From: Massilia sp. | GTDB lineage: Bacteria; Pseudomonadota; Gammaproteobacteria; Burkholderiales; Burkholderiaceae_D | Direction: 5' to 3' | DNA: 64,000 bases | NCBI GenBank assembly: GCA_031398335.1 | Contig: JANNNC010000045.1 | Span: forward strand, 8,917-72,916 | Shown here: piece after piece, positions 30,937 to 40,840 of the stretch | Position numbering within the stretch: the first letter of the stretch is position 1 | Layout: the number at the start of each line of letters is the position of its first letter | Translations under genes and position numbers: made by a program | Notes under the pieces: generated by a model | What the model saw: only the letters and a program-made list of their open reading frames with translations | What the model was told of the DNA's origin: nothing | Databases searched by the model: none

Positions 30937-33900
30937 CTAAGCCCCGAGTCCCTGCTGCAGCATGGCCAGCATCTCGCCCGGCGCCATGCGCGCCGACAGG
31001 TCGCCGCCCTCGAGCAGGCTGTCGGCCAGGTCGCGCTTGTGGCGGTGCAGGTCGACGATGCCTTCCTCGATCGTGTGGCGCGCCACCAGCCGGTAAATCG
31101 TCACCGGCCGCAGCTGGCCCATGCGGTGGGCGCGGTCCGAGGCCTGGTCCTCGACCGCCGGGTTCCACCACGGGTCCATGTGGATCACGTAGTCGGCCGC
31201 CGTGAGGTTGATGCCTACCCCGCCCGCCTTCAGGCTGATGAGGAATAAATCGCCTTCCCCGGCCTGGAAGGCGTCCACCCGCTTTTTACGCGCCTGCATC
31301 GGCGTCGAGCCATCGAGGTACTGGTAGCGGATACCGCGCGCATCGAGGTGTTTGCGGATCAGGGATAAATGATCGACGAACTGGCTGAACACCAGCACCT
31401 TGTGGCGGTTCTCGAGCAGGCCCTCGACCAGGTGCGCGAACGTCGCCAGCTTGCTGCTGGCAATGCCGAGACCGGGCGCGACCAGCTCGGGATTGCAGCA
31501 GGCGCGGCGCAAGCGCATCATCTCGGCCAGGATCGCGATCGACTTCTGGCTTTGTGGCGCTTCCAGGGACGCCAGTTTGTCGAGCGCTTCGCGGCGCAGC
31601 GATTCGTACAGGGCCATCTCCTCCGGACTGAGTTCGACCGGCAGCACGATCTCGGTGCGCGGCGGCAGTTCGGTCAATACTTGCGCTTTGGTCCGGCGCA
31701 AAATGAATGGCTGTGTCAGGCGTTTCAAACGCGCGCGGGCCGCGCTTTCGGCGCGTTTATCTTGCGCCTTTTCGATCGGGCCCGCAAAGCGCAACTGAAA
31801 CTGGTCGGCCGTGCCGAGCAGGCCCGGATTGATGAAGCGGAACAGGTTCCAGAGTTCTCCCAAGTGGTTTTCCAGCGGCGTGCCGGTGGCGACCATCCGG
31901 AAGTCGCCCTGCAGCGCCATCACCGCCTGCGAGCGCCGGGTTGCCGCGTTCTTGAACGACTGCGCCTCGTCCATCACGATCGTGTGCCAGCGCTTTTTTG
32001 CGAACAGCGGCGCTTCCAGCTGCAGCAAGCCGTAGCTGGCGACAATCACGTCGAAGTTACCGGCTCCTTCGATCATGTCGGCGCGCTCGCCCGGCCCGAA
32101 CAGTTTGATCTTCAAGGTCGGCGCGAAGCGCGCTGCTTCCGCGAGCCAGTTGGTGCACACCGAAGTCGGCGCCACCACCAGGGTCGGGCCGTTCGGCGCG
32201 CGCAGCAGCATCAGGGCCAGCGCCTGCAGGGTTTTGCCGAGGCCCATGTCGTCGGCCAGGCAGGCGCCGACGCCCCAGTGCGCTAGGCGCGCCAGCCAGT
32301 CGAAACCGTCGCGCTGGTAGTCGCGCAGCTCGGCTTGCAGGGTCGACGGCAGTTGCGGCTCGTAAGCGGCGTTGTCCGCCATTTTTTTAATATGCGCGCG
32401 CCAGGCTTTATCCGCTTCGACGCCGCCGGCGCCGAGCGCCAGCTCTTCCAGCGCGAAGCTGGCCAGTGGATGGACCCGCAATACTTCGCCGTCGGCGTCC
32501 GTAAAAGCGGCGACGTCGAGCAGGCGCCGGTGCAATTCGTTGGTCAGCGCCAGGAACTGGTTGTCGCCGAGCGCGACGAAACGGCCGTCGCCGGCGCGCA
32601 CCTTGTCGAGCAGCTCGCGTAAATCCATCACGCGGCCCTCGTCGATGGCCACTTCGCCATTCGCGGCAAACCAGTCCTTGTCGCGCTTGATGTTGACGCG
32701 CACCGCGTTGGAAGCCACCTTCTTGCTGACGCGGAAAGGCTCGCCCTCGGGCCAGCCGATGACGATCTTGTCGGCGTCAACCTCCTGCAGTTCGCTCACC
32801 AGTTCCAGGCACGCGATCGGCTGTCCCAGCAGCCATTCGCCGTGTTCTTCTTCGGCGCTCTCCAGGGCGCGGCAAGAGGCGACCAGCTGGCGCTCGGCTT
32901 CGCGCTCGGCATTCAGGTCGCGCCTGGCTTCGGTGCGGATGCCGTTGAAATCGGCGATCACGCGCTCAAGGCCGCTGCCCGGCGCGTAATAGGCGCCGGT
33001 GCCGGGCAGCGGGCGTACCAGAATGCGCATGCGCAGGCCATGCTGATACGGCAGCAGGTGCACGTGCAGGCGCGCGTCGGCATTGATGCATTCGATGTCG
33101 GCCGCGCTGGCGCCGATGTCCGACTGCACGGTGACGATCGACGAGATCGCCCCGATCGCCTGCAGCACGCGCACTTCTGCTTCCAAGGGCACCACCAGCG
33201 CCTCGCCGACGATGGCGCCGATACGGCGGTGCTCGTCGCGCACGCGCACCACGCGCAGGCGGGTCGGCGTCTCGCGCGTGACGACGACGTCGCCGCTGGT
33301 GTCGCCTACCTGCGGGCGCAGGGAAATGGTCACGTGCTCGCGCCCGGCTTTCACCAGCAGTTCCGGCTCGCCCGGCAGCAGTTCCACGCGGGTGCCGGGT
33401 GCATCGAACCAGAACAGCAGCGGGTGGCCGATCAGGGCGGCCAGCGCCTTGCCGATATCGAACTCGTAGCGCAGGCCGCTGCCGTAATACTGGCGCGCCG
33501 CGCCAATGCTGGAGACCGCCAATAAATCTTGCGCCGTCAAAAAATCGAGCGTGGCCGCGTCTTCCGTCAGGCGTTTCAGGCCCATCGGACGGCCGCGGCT
33601 CCAGGCGCCTTGCGCGTCGCGCTTCTGTTCGCGTGGCTCCAGCTCCTGCACGCCCAGGTGCTCGTCGTAGCGGATCAGCCAGACCAGGCGCGACTCTTTG
33701 ACGACTTCGACGTTCACCGCCGGCTGCAGGTTGATCAGCGCGTTCAGCTGGCGCTCCCACGGCTGCTCGCGCTCGAACCAGTGCGTCATGTCGGTGAAGC
33801 GATGCTGCTGGCGCAGGGCGATGGCGCGCTGTTCGTGCTTGACACCGCCCAGTTGCCCAAGCAGGCCGGCCAGTTGCGCGCTCAGGAAATCGAAGCCGGC

Positions 33901-35070
33901 GCTTTCCGACTGCGCCAGCGCTTCTTCCAGCCGCGCGCGCTGGGTCGACAACTGCGGCATGCCGAGCCACCAGTGCAGCAGGGCCCGGAACAGCACCGGC
34001 TGCAGCGCCGTTTCCCAGTTCCGCGACGGCAGCACTTCAGCATCGACCGTGCCGCCGCGGATCTGGCGCAGCATGCTCAGTTGTTGGTACACCGCCGTGT
34101 CGTGGCTCTGCACGGCGCGCGTGGCGCTGTCGAGATAGCTCTCGACCGCCTTTTGCTGTTTGCTGTCGCCTCGGCGCAGCAGGGCGGCGACATACAGGTG
34201 GCCGCCGATACCCGCGAACACGGCCTTTCTCTTGCCGGTCTCGCGCCGCAGCAGTTTTAAGGCCGCATCAAAACCTGCCAGCGCTTCGTCGATGTGGTCG
34301 CGCAGCAGCAGCAGCACGCTGCGGTAGAACAGGGCGGCCGAATCGTCGAGGTCTTGCAGCAGGGCGCCGGCTTCATCCAGGCGACCGCACAGGATCAAAT
34401 GCTCGGCCAAGCTGATCCGCAATTCCATCGCGGTGCCGCCCTGGGCGACGTGGCTTTCCACATATGCGCGCACATTTGGTGCCGTGTCCGGCTCGCGCTG
34501 GACGTGCTTGATCAACACCGACAACACCTCGTCGCGCAGCGCCGGGTGGATGTGATCGATGAGGTCCGGCTCGAACGGCCGCGCGCAAATCTCGACCAGC
34601 GGGTGCAGATAGGCCGCCTCGTGGCAACGCAGGCAAGCCGCCAGGAGCGGTGCAACCGTCTTCACGCCTTCGCCGCCCACCAGCGCCATGCGCAGCAGGG
34701 CCAGGCCCTGGCGGTAGCTGCGCAGCACCGGATGGCCCTGCCAGTCGCGCCGCAGTGGATTCACGGCCTCGTAGACTTCACGCAGCTCATTGAACCGGCT
34801 GCTGCGCAGCAGTGCATCGATTGCCGGCCATGCTGCTGCGGGTTCGAGAACGCTGCCACGTGACGCCAGTTGCGTTACCAGGCCGGACCCGTGCAGATCC
34901 GCCATGGTGTGAACCAGGTCGTCTTCGCCATCGAATTCGCCAAGCGCCTCGAGATGTTCGCGCAGGCGCGTGCGGCCAAGCGGCTCGCCGGCTACTGCCA
35001 GCAGCGCCATGATCAGTTTGTCGCGCGCCGTGAACGCGCCGTAATGATCGAACAGGGCGGGTTTGGTCAT
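30937..35070 (-). CDS. SNF2-family helicase/ATPase with long N-terminal helical and 'SNF2-associated'-like region
   Basis: 1377 aa. Motif I 'LADDMGLGKT', II 'VMDEAQSFKN', III 'TGTPLENHLGELW', V 'LISLKAGGVGINLT' and VI 'WWNPAVEDQASDRAHRMGQ'. No nuclease motif was seen. Confidence 0.9.
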   Translation of the reverse strand: MTKPALFDHYGAFTARDKLIMALLAVAGEPLGRTRLREHLEALGEFDGEDDLVHTMADLHGSGLVTQLASRGSVLEPAAAWPAIDALLRSSRFNELREVYEAVNPLRRDWQGHPVLRSYRQGLALLRMALVGGEGVKTVAPLLAACLRCHEAAYLHPLVEICARPFEPDLIDHIHPALRDEVLSVLIKHVQREPDTAPNVRAYVESHVAQGGTAMELRISLAEHLILCGRLDEAGALLQDLDDSAALFYRSVLLLLRDHIDEALAGFDAALKLLRRETGKRKAVFAGIGGHLYVAALLRRGDSKQQKAVESYLDSATRAVQSHDTAVYQQLSMLRQIRGGTVDAEVLPSRNWETALQPVLFRALLHWWLGMPQLSTQRARLEEALAQSESAGFDFLSAQLAGLLGQLGGVKHEQRAIALRQQHRFTDMTHWFEREQPWERQLNALINLQPAVNVEVVKESRLVWLIRYDEHLGVQELEPREQKRDAQGAWSRGRPMGLKRLTEDAATLDFLTAQDLLAVSSIGAARQYYGSGLRYEFDIGKALAALIGHPLLFWFDAPGTRVELLPGEPELLVKAGREHVTISLRPQVGDTSGDVVVTRETPTRLRVVRVRDEHRRIGAIVGEALVVPLEAEVRVLQAIGAISSIVTVQSDIGASAADIECINADARLHVHLLPYQHGLRMRILVRPLPGTGAYYAPGSGLERVIADFNGIRTEARRDLNAEREAERQLVASCRALESAEEEHGEWLLGQPIACLELVSELQEVDADKIVIGWPEGEPFRVSKKVASNAVRVNIKRDKDWFAANGEVAIDEGRVMDLRELLDKVRAGDGRFVALGDNQFLALTNELHRRLLDVAAFTDADGEVLRVHPLASFALEELALGAGGVEADKAWRAHIKKMADNAAYEPQLPSTLQAELRDYQRDGFDWLARLAHWGVGACLADDMGLGKTLQALALMLLRAPNGPTLVVAPTSVCTNWLAEAARFAPTLKIKLFGPGERADMIEGAGNFDVIVASYGLLQLEAPLFAKKRWHTIVMDEAQSFKNAATRRSQAVMALQGDFRMVATGTPLENHLGELWNLFRFINPGLLGTADQFQLRFAGPIEKAQDKRAESAARARLKRLTQPFILRRTKAQVLTELPPRTEIVLPVELSPEEMALYESLRREALDKLASLEAPQSQKSIAILAEMMRLRRACCNPELVAPGLGIASSKLATFAHLVEGLLENRHKVLVFSQFVDHLSLIRKHLDARGIRYQYLDGSTPMQARKKRVDAFQAGEGDLFLISLKAGGVGINLTAADYVIHMDPWWNPAVEDQASDRAHRMGQLRPVTIYRLVARHTIEEGIVDLHRHKRDLADSLLEGGDLSARMAPGEMLAMLQQGLGA

Positions 35071-37004
35071 GCAGCCAGGTTCTCGATCTCCAGCCGCGGC
35101 AGCCCCTCAGGCAGCGCGATGCCGAACACGCGCAAATAAAACGCCAGCTCCGCCTCCAGCGTGCGCACGACGCTGTCTGCTTTCCTGAAACCGTGGCCTT
35201 CTCCCTCGAGCGTCAGGTAAGCCACCGGCACCCCGCGCGCGCGCAAGGCATCGACCATCGTTTCCGACTGCTGCGGCGGCACCACCTTGTCGTCCAGGCC
35301 CTGGAAGAAAATCATCGGCCGTATTAACGCGTCCGTGTGGTGGATCGGCGAGCGCTCGCGGTACACGGCCTGCGCTTGCGCCTTGGGCGCGATCAGGTAT
35401 TCGTTGTAGTGCGATTCGAACTTGTGCGAGTCGGCGTCCAGCCCGGCGAGATCCGACACGCCGTAATAACTGGCGCCGGCCTTGAACACATCGTGGAAGG
35501 TGAGGGCGCACAGGGTGGTCAGGCCGCCGGCGCTGCTGCCGCGAATCAGGAGGCGCTCGGGGTCGACCAGCTTTTCATCGGCCAGGTAACGGGCGCCGGC
35601 CACGCAATCCTCGACGTCGATGATGCCCCATTGCCCCTTGAGCAGGTCGCGGTAGATGCGCCCGAAGCCGGAGCTGCCGCCGTAGTTCACGTCGAGCACG
35701 GCGAAGCCGCGGCTGGTCCAGAACTGGGTGGCGAGTTTTAATGTACTGGTGGCCATGCTAGTGGGGCCGCCGTGGCCGATCACGATCAGGGGCGGCAGCT
35801 CGTTTGCCGGCAGCGCGAAATCGCTATTGGCCGGTGCGTAATAAAACGCGTAGGCAGTGCGGCCATTCGCGCTCGGGTAGCGGATGCTGCGCGGGACGGA
35901 TAGGTATCCCTCGCCTGGCAGGTCGGCGATCGATTGCACCAGTACGCTGCGTTCTCCGGTGGCTGGGTCGATCAGGGCCAGTTCCAGCGCGATCGTCGGC
36001 GAGCCGGCCAGCACCGCGACAAGCTCGGGCGAGACGCGCAATTCCCGGATCTCCTGGTACGGCGTGTCGATCGGGGTCAGGCTGCAGCCGCGCGTCGACA
36101 GGCGGCCCAGGCGGCTGATGCCGTCCTCGATATAGGTGCAGATGATTTCGTCCTCCGACCTGAACCCGTACATCGAGCCGCCGAAGTTCCACTGCGGTCC
36201 GCCGAACTCGGCGTCGCGCGGGCACAGCGGGTGCACGACGCCGCCCTCGAAGCGGTACAAATTCCACCAGCCGCTGCGGTCCGAGACAAAATGCAGCAGG
36301 CCGTCGGGCGACCATTCGGGCTGGCAGATCGATTCGTCGATCCTGCCCGCCACCAGGCGGCCGTCGACCAGGCTGCCGTCCGCGGCGATATCGGCGACCC
36401 ACAGTTCGGTGCCCTGCCAGGGCATGCGCGGATGGTCCCAGCACAGCCAGGCCAGCTGGCGGCCATCCGGGGAGAGTCGCGGCGCCGCGTAGAAATCGTT
36501 GCCGTCGACGAGGATGGTCTCGCTGCCGTCAAAACCCAGCGCGCAGATGGTATTGACCGGATAGGCTTCGCCCGCCAGGTGGTCTTCGCGCACCGCGACC
36601 AGGCGCGCGCGGGCGCGGTCCGGCACGAAGTCGGCGTAGCGCACGGCTTCTTCCCTGGTCAGCATGACGGGTGCGCCGCCGTCCTCGACCTGGTACAGGT
36701 GGTTGTCGGCGAAGTGGGAAAACCAGACCGTGCCCCCATCGACCGCATATGCGCCGCCGCCGTACTCGTGCACGCGGGTGCGCACGTTGAGCGGGGCTGG
36801 CGTCAGTTCGGATGCGGCACCCGCGCGCAGGCGCTGCAGCGTGGTGCGGCCCGCTTCGCTGGCGCGGCCGGCCAGCCACAGCACGTCAGGCCCGTCGAGC
36901 GCGATGTGCGACAGCGGCACGGCGCCGGCCGCAACCACGGCGGCGCTGATCGGGGAAGTCCAGGTGCCGCTGGGGGCGGCCTGCTTGCGGGTCGGCTCGT
37001 TCAT
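35067..37004 (-). CDS. S9 family serine peptidase (prolyl oligopeptidase/acylaminoacyl-peptidase type), cytoplasmic
   Basis: 645 aa. Beta-propeller N-terminal half, nucleophile 'GSSAGG' and His region 'EGEGHGF'. No signal peptide. ATGA overlap with the SNF2 gene. Confidence 0.85.
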   Translation of the reverse strand: MNEPTRKQAAPSGTWTSPISAAVVAAGAVPLSHIALDGPDVLWLAGRASEAGRTTLQRLRAGAASELTPAPLNVRTRVHEYGGGAYAVDGGTVWFSHFADNHLYQVEDGGAPVMLTREEAVRYADFVPDRARARLVAVREDHLAGEAYPVNTICALGFDGSETILVDGNDFYAAPRLSPDGRQLAWLCWDHPRMPWQGTELWVADIAADGSLVDGRLVAGRIDESICQPEWSPDGLLHFVSDRSGWWNLYRFEGGVVHPLCPRDAEFGGPQWNFGGSMYGFRSEDEIICTYIEDGISRLGRLSTRGCSLTPIDTPYQEIRELRVSPELVAVLAGSPTIALELALIDPATGERSVLVQSIADLPGEGYLSVPRSIRYPSANGRTAYAFYYAPANSDFALPANELPPLIVIGHGGPTSMATSTLKLATQFWTSRGFAVLDVNYGGSSGFGRIYRDLLKGQWGIIDVEDCVAGARYLADEKLVDPERLLIRGSSAGGLTTLCALTFHDVFKAGASYYGVSDLAGLDADSHKFESHYNEYLIAPKAQAQAVYRERSPIHHTDALIRPMIFFQGLDDKVVPPQQSETMVDALRARGVPVAYLTLEGEGHGFRKADSVVRTLEAELAFYLRVFGIALPEGLPRLEIENLAA

Positions 37005-37141
37005 GGGGGTCGCGTCGTGAGTATGAAAGGTGGAACAGTATTATAAGAGTGCGGGACGATTGGCGGCGTTCGCGGCCCATCGCAAATGGAAGGCAAGGAA
37101 TGCGATAATAGCCGTCCTCCGACGCCCCTATATTGTCAGCC

Positions 37142-38224
37142 ATGCCACAATTTGCCCCGCTCAAGAACGACACCTTCCTGCGCGCGCTGCTGCGCCAGCC
37201 GACCGAGTACACGCCCGTGTGGCTGATGCGGCAGGCGGGACGCTACCTGCCGGAATACCGCGCCACGCGTGCGCGCGCCGGTTCGTTCCTGGGCCTGGCA
37301 AAGAACCCGGACTACGCCACCGAGGTTACGCTGCAACCGCTCGACCGCTATCCGCTGGACGCCTCGATCCTGTTTTCGGACATCCTGACGGTGCCCGATG
37401 CGATGGGCCTGGGCCTGTATTTCGCCGACGGCGAAGGCCCGAAATTCGAGCGTCCGCTGCGTACCGAGGCCGACGTGATGGCCTTGAACGTACCGGATAT
37501 GGAATCGCTCGACTACGTCTTCAAGGCCGTCACGCAAATTCGCACCGAGATCAATGGCCGCGTGCCGCTGATCGGTTTTTCCGGCAGCCCGTGGACACTG
37601 GCCTGCTACATGGTCGAGGGCCAGGGCTCGCGCGAATTCCACACCATCAAAAAAATGCTGTACGCGCGCCCGGACCTGATGCACCGCATCCTCGACATCA
37701 ACGCCACCGCCGTCGCCCAGTACCTGAACGCGCAAATCGACGCCGGCGCCCAGGCCGTCATGATCTTCGACTCATGGGGAGGTGCGCTGGCCGACGGCGC
37801 CTACCAGGAATTCTCGCTGCGCTACATGGAGCGCGTGCTGGCCCAGCTCCAGCGCGAGAAGGATGGCGTGCGCATTCCGGCTATCGTCTTCACCAAGGGC
37901 GGCGGCATCTGGCTGGATGAAATGGCGAACTGCGGCGCCGATGCGCTCGGCCTCGACTGGACCGTCAACCTGGGCCGCGCGCGCGCCCTGGTGGGCGATC
38001 GGGTCGCCCTGCAAGGCAACCTCGATCCGGCGATTTTGTTTGCCGCGCCCGAGCAAATCCGTCTCGAGGTGGAGCGCTCGCTGACGGCCTACGGCGCGCC
38101 ATCCGAAGGCGCCGGCCACGTCTTCAACCTGGGCCACGGCATCTCGCAATTCACCCCGCCGGAGTCGGTCACGGCGATGGTCGAGGCGGTGCATGCGTTC
38201 AGCCGGCAGCAACGCGCTGCCTGA
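37142..38224 (+). CDS. hemE: Uroporphyrinogen decarboxylase
   Basis: '[16 protein letters not shown]' and '[15 protein letters not shown]'. Start at ATG 37142. Confidence 0.95.
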   Translation: MPQFAPLKNDTFLRALLRQPTEYTPVWLMRQAGRYLPEYRATRARAGSFLGLAKNPDYATEVTLQPLDRYPLDASILFSDILTVPDAMGLGLYFADGEGPKFERPLRTEADVMALNVPDMESLDYVFKAVTQIRTEINGRVPLIGFSGSPWTLACYMVEGQGSREFHTIKKMLYARPDLMHRILDINATAVAQYLNAQIDAGAQAVMIFDSWGGALADGAYQEFSLRYMERVLAQLQREKDGVRIPAIVFTKGGGIWLDEMANCGADALGLDWTVNLGRARALVGDRVALQGNLDPAILFAAPEQIRLEVERSLTAYGAPSEGAGHVFNLGHGISQFTPPESVTAMVEAVHAFSRQQRAA

Positions 38225-38293
38225 GCAAAATTGTTGCGGCGCCACATGTGCGGCGCCCCGCCAAACGCAGCAAACTGGAATCGAAAATCACAC

Positions 38294-38768
38294 TTGTACA
38301 CATGTTGCGAAACAGTGCGATTGAAACCTGTGGACATGTACAGTGCTGAGCAGAAAATCATAAGTGGTTGAAATTGCTGAAGTTTATCTTTGAATCCTGG
38401 CGCACATAACCACTTGGAAGCTATTCTTCCTGCATAGAAATCGCAGTTTCCAGCGCCTTGTTCACAAAGTTATACACAGGCTGTTTGGCTCAGCCATAAA
38501 AATTCCTGCGTTGACAAGCACTTACGCGTGGCATCGTAGAGTCTTGTTTAAATCTTCACAGCTTTTAATCATTTACGAGAAGAAAAAGCGCAGTTATACA
38601 CAATCGTTGCACTCCAGGAAGCGAGTTGCTGTGGACTACGTCACAATTCGCAAGTCGTTGAATTCAAATGCATTATTCGATTGGCTTCTTGGCTGACCCG
38701 TACATCATTTGACTTAACGTAAACTTCCCACACGGTCAAGCGCTTCATTCTCCACAAAGTTTTCCACA
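38294..38768. promoter_or_regulatory. Cluster of DnaA-box-like 9-mers in AT-rich spacer (candidate DnaA-binding region)
   Basis: One mismatch to TTATCCACA: TTATACACA (38470-78), TTATACACA (38594-602), TTCTCCACA (38748-56) and TTTTCCACA (38760-68). Two mismatches: 38294-302, 38329-37(rc), 38458-66 and 38630-38(rc). Confidence 0.45.
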
Positions 38769-38789
38769 GCTTTTATACAAGGTCGGACA

Positions 38790-40796
38790 TTGGCGCACTG
38801 CATTCTTCGAATTGCACTCGATACACCGCTCAACAGCGTGTTCGATTACGGCTGGCCGCATGAGGAGGGGACCAGGCCCCAGGCCGGCCAGCTGGCGCTG
38901 GTCAGTTTCGGGCGCCGCGAAGTCGTCGGCCTGATCGTCGCCGTCGTGCAGGACACCGAAGTCCCACCGGACAAGTTGAAAAACGCGATCGCCGTGCGTG
39001 AGGGCTTATCTCCGCTCTCGCCGCAATGGCTGGCGCTGGCCGCCTTCGCGGCCGATTACTACCAGCGCCCGCTGGGCGAAGTGGCGCTGCCCGGCCTGCC
39101 GAAAAATCTAAGGGTGCCGACAACCGTGGCGCTGGACCGGGCACTGAAAAAAATGGCCAAGCTGGGCCCGCCCGGCGACCCTTCTCCGATCGGCATGCCC
39201 GCCCTGAACCGCGAACAGCGCGAAGCGGCCGATGCCATCGGCGGCGCGATTGGTTTCACGCCGCTGCTGCTGTACGGCGTCACCGGCAGCGGCAAAACGG
39301 AGGTGTATTTGCAGGCCTGCGCCCAGGTGCTGGCGCGCGACCCGCAGGCGCAAATCCTGATCCTGGTCCCCGAGATCAACCTCACGCCGCAACTGGAAGG
39401 GAACATCCGCGCGCGCTTCCCGGGCCTGATGCTGGCGACCTTGCATTCGAGCCTGTCGGAAGGCGAACGCATGCTGCACTGGTTAGCCGCGCACCAGGGG
39501 CACGCCCGCATCGTGCTCGGCACGCGCCTGGCGATCCTGGCCTCGCTGCCGCACCTGCAACTGCTCGTCATCGACGAGGAACACGACCCCTCGTACAAGC
39601 AGCAGGAAGGGCTACGGTATTCGGCGCGCGACCTGGCGGTGTGGCGCGCGCGCCAGCTCGCCATCCCGATCGTGCTCGGTTCGGCCACGCCCTCGCTGGA
39701 AAGCTGGCACCACGCGCAGACGGGCCGCTATCGCAAGCTCGAATTGCGCGAGCGCGCCGTGCGCGACGCCGTGCTGCCGACCGTGCGCCTGCTCGACATG
39801 GAGCGCGACAAGCCGAAGGAGGGACTGACGGCCGGCCTGTTGGGGGCTTTGCGCCAGCGCCTCGAACGTGGCGAACAGTCGCTGCTGTTTTTGAACCGGC
39901 GCGGCTATGCGCCGGTGATTACCTGCGAGGCCTGCGGCTGGATCAGCGACTGCACCCGCTGCACCTCGTTCATGGTGCTGCACAAGCCCGAGCACCGGCT
40001 GCGCTGCCACCACTGCAGCCTGGAATTGCGCATCCCGCGCCATTGCCCGACCTGCGGCAACGTCGACCTGCAGCCTTTGGGACGCGGCACCCAGCGCTTC
40101 GAGGAGGGACTCGCCGCGATGTTCCCCGAGGCGCGCATCCTGCGCATCGACGCCGATTCGACGAGAAAGAAGGGTAGCGCCCAGGAAGCCTTCGACACCG
40201 TCCACCGCGGCGAAGTCGACATCCTGATCGGCACCCAAATGGTCGCCAAGGGCCACGATTTCAAAAAGCTGACCCTGGTCGGCATTTTGAATCCGGACAC
40301 GGCCCTGTTCTCGCAGGATTACCGCGCCAGCGAGCGCCTGTTTGCGCAGCTGATGCAGGTGGCGGGCCGCGCCGGCCGCGCCGGCAACGCTTCCGAGGTG
40401 CTGATCCAGACCCGCTATGCGGCCCATCCGCTGTACTCGGCCGTGGTACGCCATGACTACGACCGCTTTGCCGGCAGCCTGCTCGAAGAACGCAGGCAGG
40501 CCGCGCTGCCGCCCTATATGTACCAGGCGTTGCTGCGCGCCGAGGCGCCGGAACTGGCCACCGCCATCGCCTTTCTGGAGGAGGCGCGCGACATCCTGCC
40601 GAGCGATGCCGTGACCCTGAACGACCCGATCCCGATGACGATGACCCGGGTCCACAACGTCGACCGCGCCCAGCTGCTGGCCGAGTCGGCGTCACGCCCG
40701 GCGCTGCAGGCCTTCCTCAAGGAGTGGCTGTCCCTGCTGCGCGCGATGAAGAGCCGCGTGCGCTGGTCGCTCGAAGTGGACCCGCTCGACATTTAA
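38790..40796 (+). CDS. priA: Primosomal protein N' (replication restart helicase PriA)
   Basis: Walker A 'GVTGSGKTE', 'VIDEEHD' and the Cys-rich Zn region 'CEACGW..CTRC..CHHC..CPTCG'. The TTG start is uncertain. Confidence 0.9.
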   Translation: MAHCILRIALDTPLNSVFDYGWPHEEGTRPQAGQLALVSFGRREVVGLIVAVVQDTEVPPDKLKNAIAVREGLSPLSPQWLALAAFAADYYQRPLGEVALPGLPKNLRVPTTVALDRALKKMAKLGPPGDPSPIGMPALNREQREAADAIGGAIGFTPLLLYGVTGSGKTEVYLQACAQVLARDPQAQILILVPEINLTPQLEGNIRARFPGLMLATLHSSLSEGERMLHWLAAHQGHARIVLGTRLAILASLPHLQLLVIDEEHDPSYKQQEGLRYSARDLAVWRARQLAIPIVLGSATPSLESWHHAQTGRYRKLELRERAVRDAVLPTVRLLDMERDKPKEGLTAGLLGALRQRLERGEQSLLFLNRRGYAPVITCEACGWISDCTRCTSFMVLHKPEHRLRCHHCSLELRIPRHCPTCGNVDLQPLGRGTQRFEEGLAAMFPEARILRIDADSTRKKGSAQEAFDTVHRGEVDILIGTQMVAKGHDFKKLTLVGILNPDTALFSQDYRASERLFAQLMQVAGRAGRAGNASEVLIQTRYAAHPLYSAVVRHDYDRFAGSLLEERRQAALPPYMYQALLRAEAPELATAIAFLEEARDILPSDAVTLNDPIPMTMTRVHNVDRAQLLAESASRPALQAFLKEWLSLLRAMKSRVRWSLEVDPLDI

Positions 40797-40840
40797 AGCC
40801 GAAACGGCGTATCGTCAGGCTTGCAACTATGGAGATGAGC

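Noticed and set aside
38511-38696. 61-aa ORF inside the AT-rich hemE-priA spacer
   Set aside because: There is no RBS, its codon usage is unlike the neighbours, and it overlaps the DnaA-box-like sites. It is most likely non-coding.
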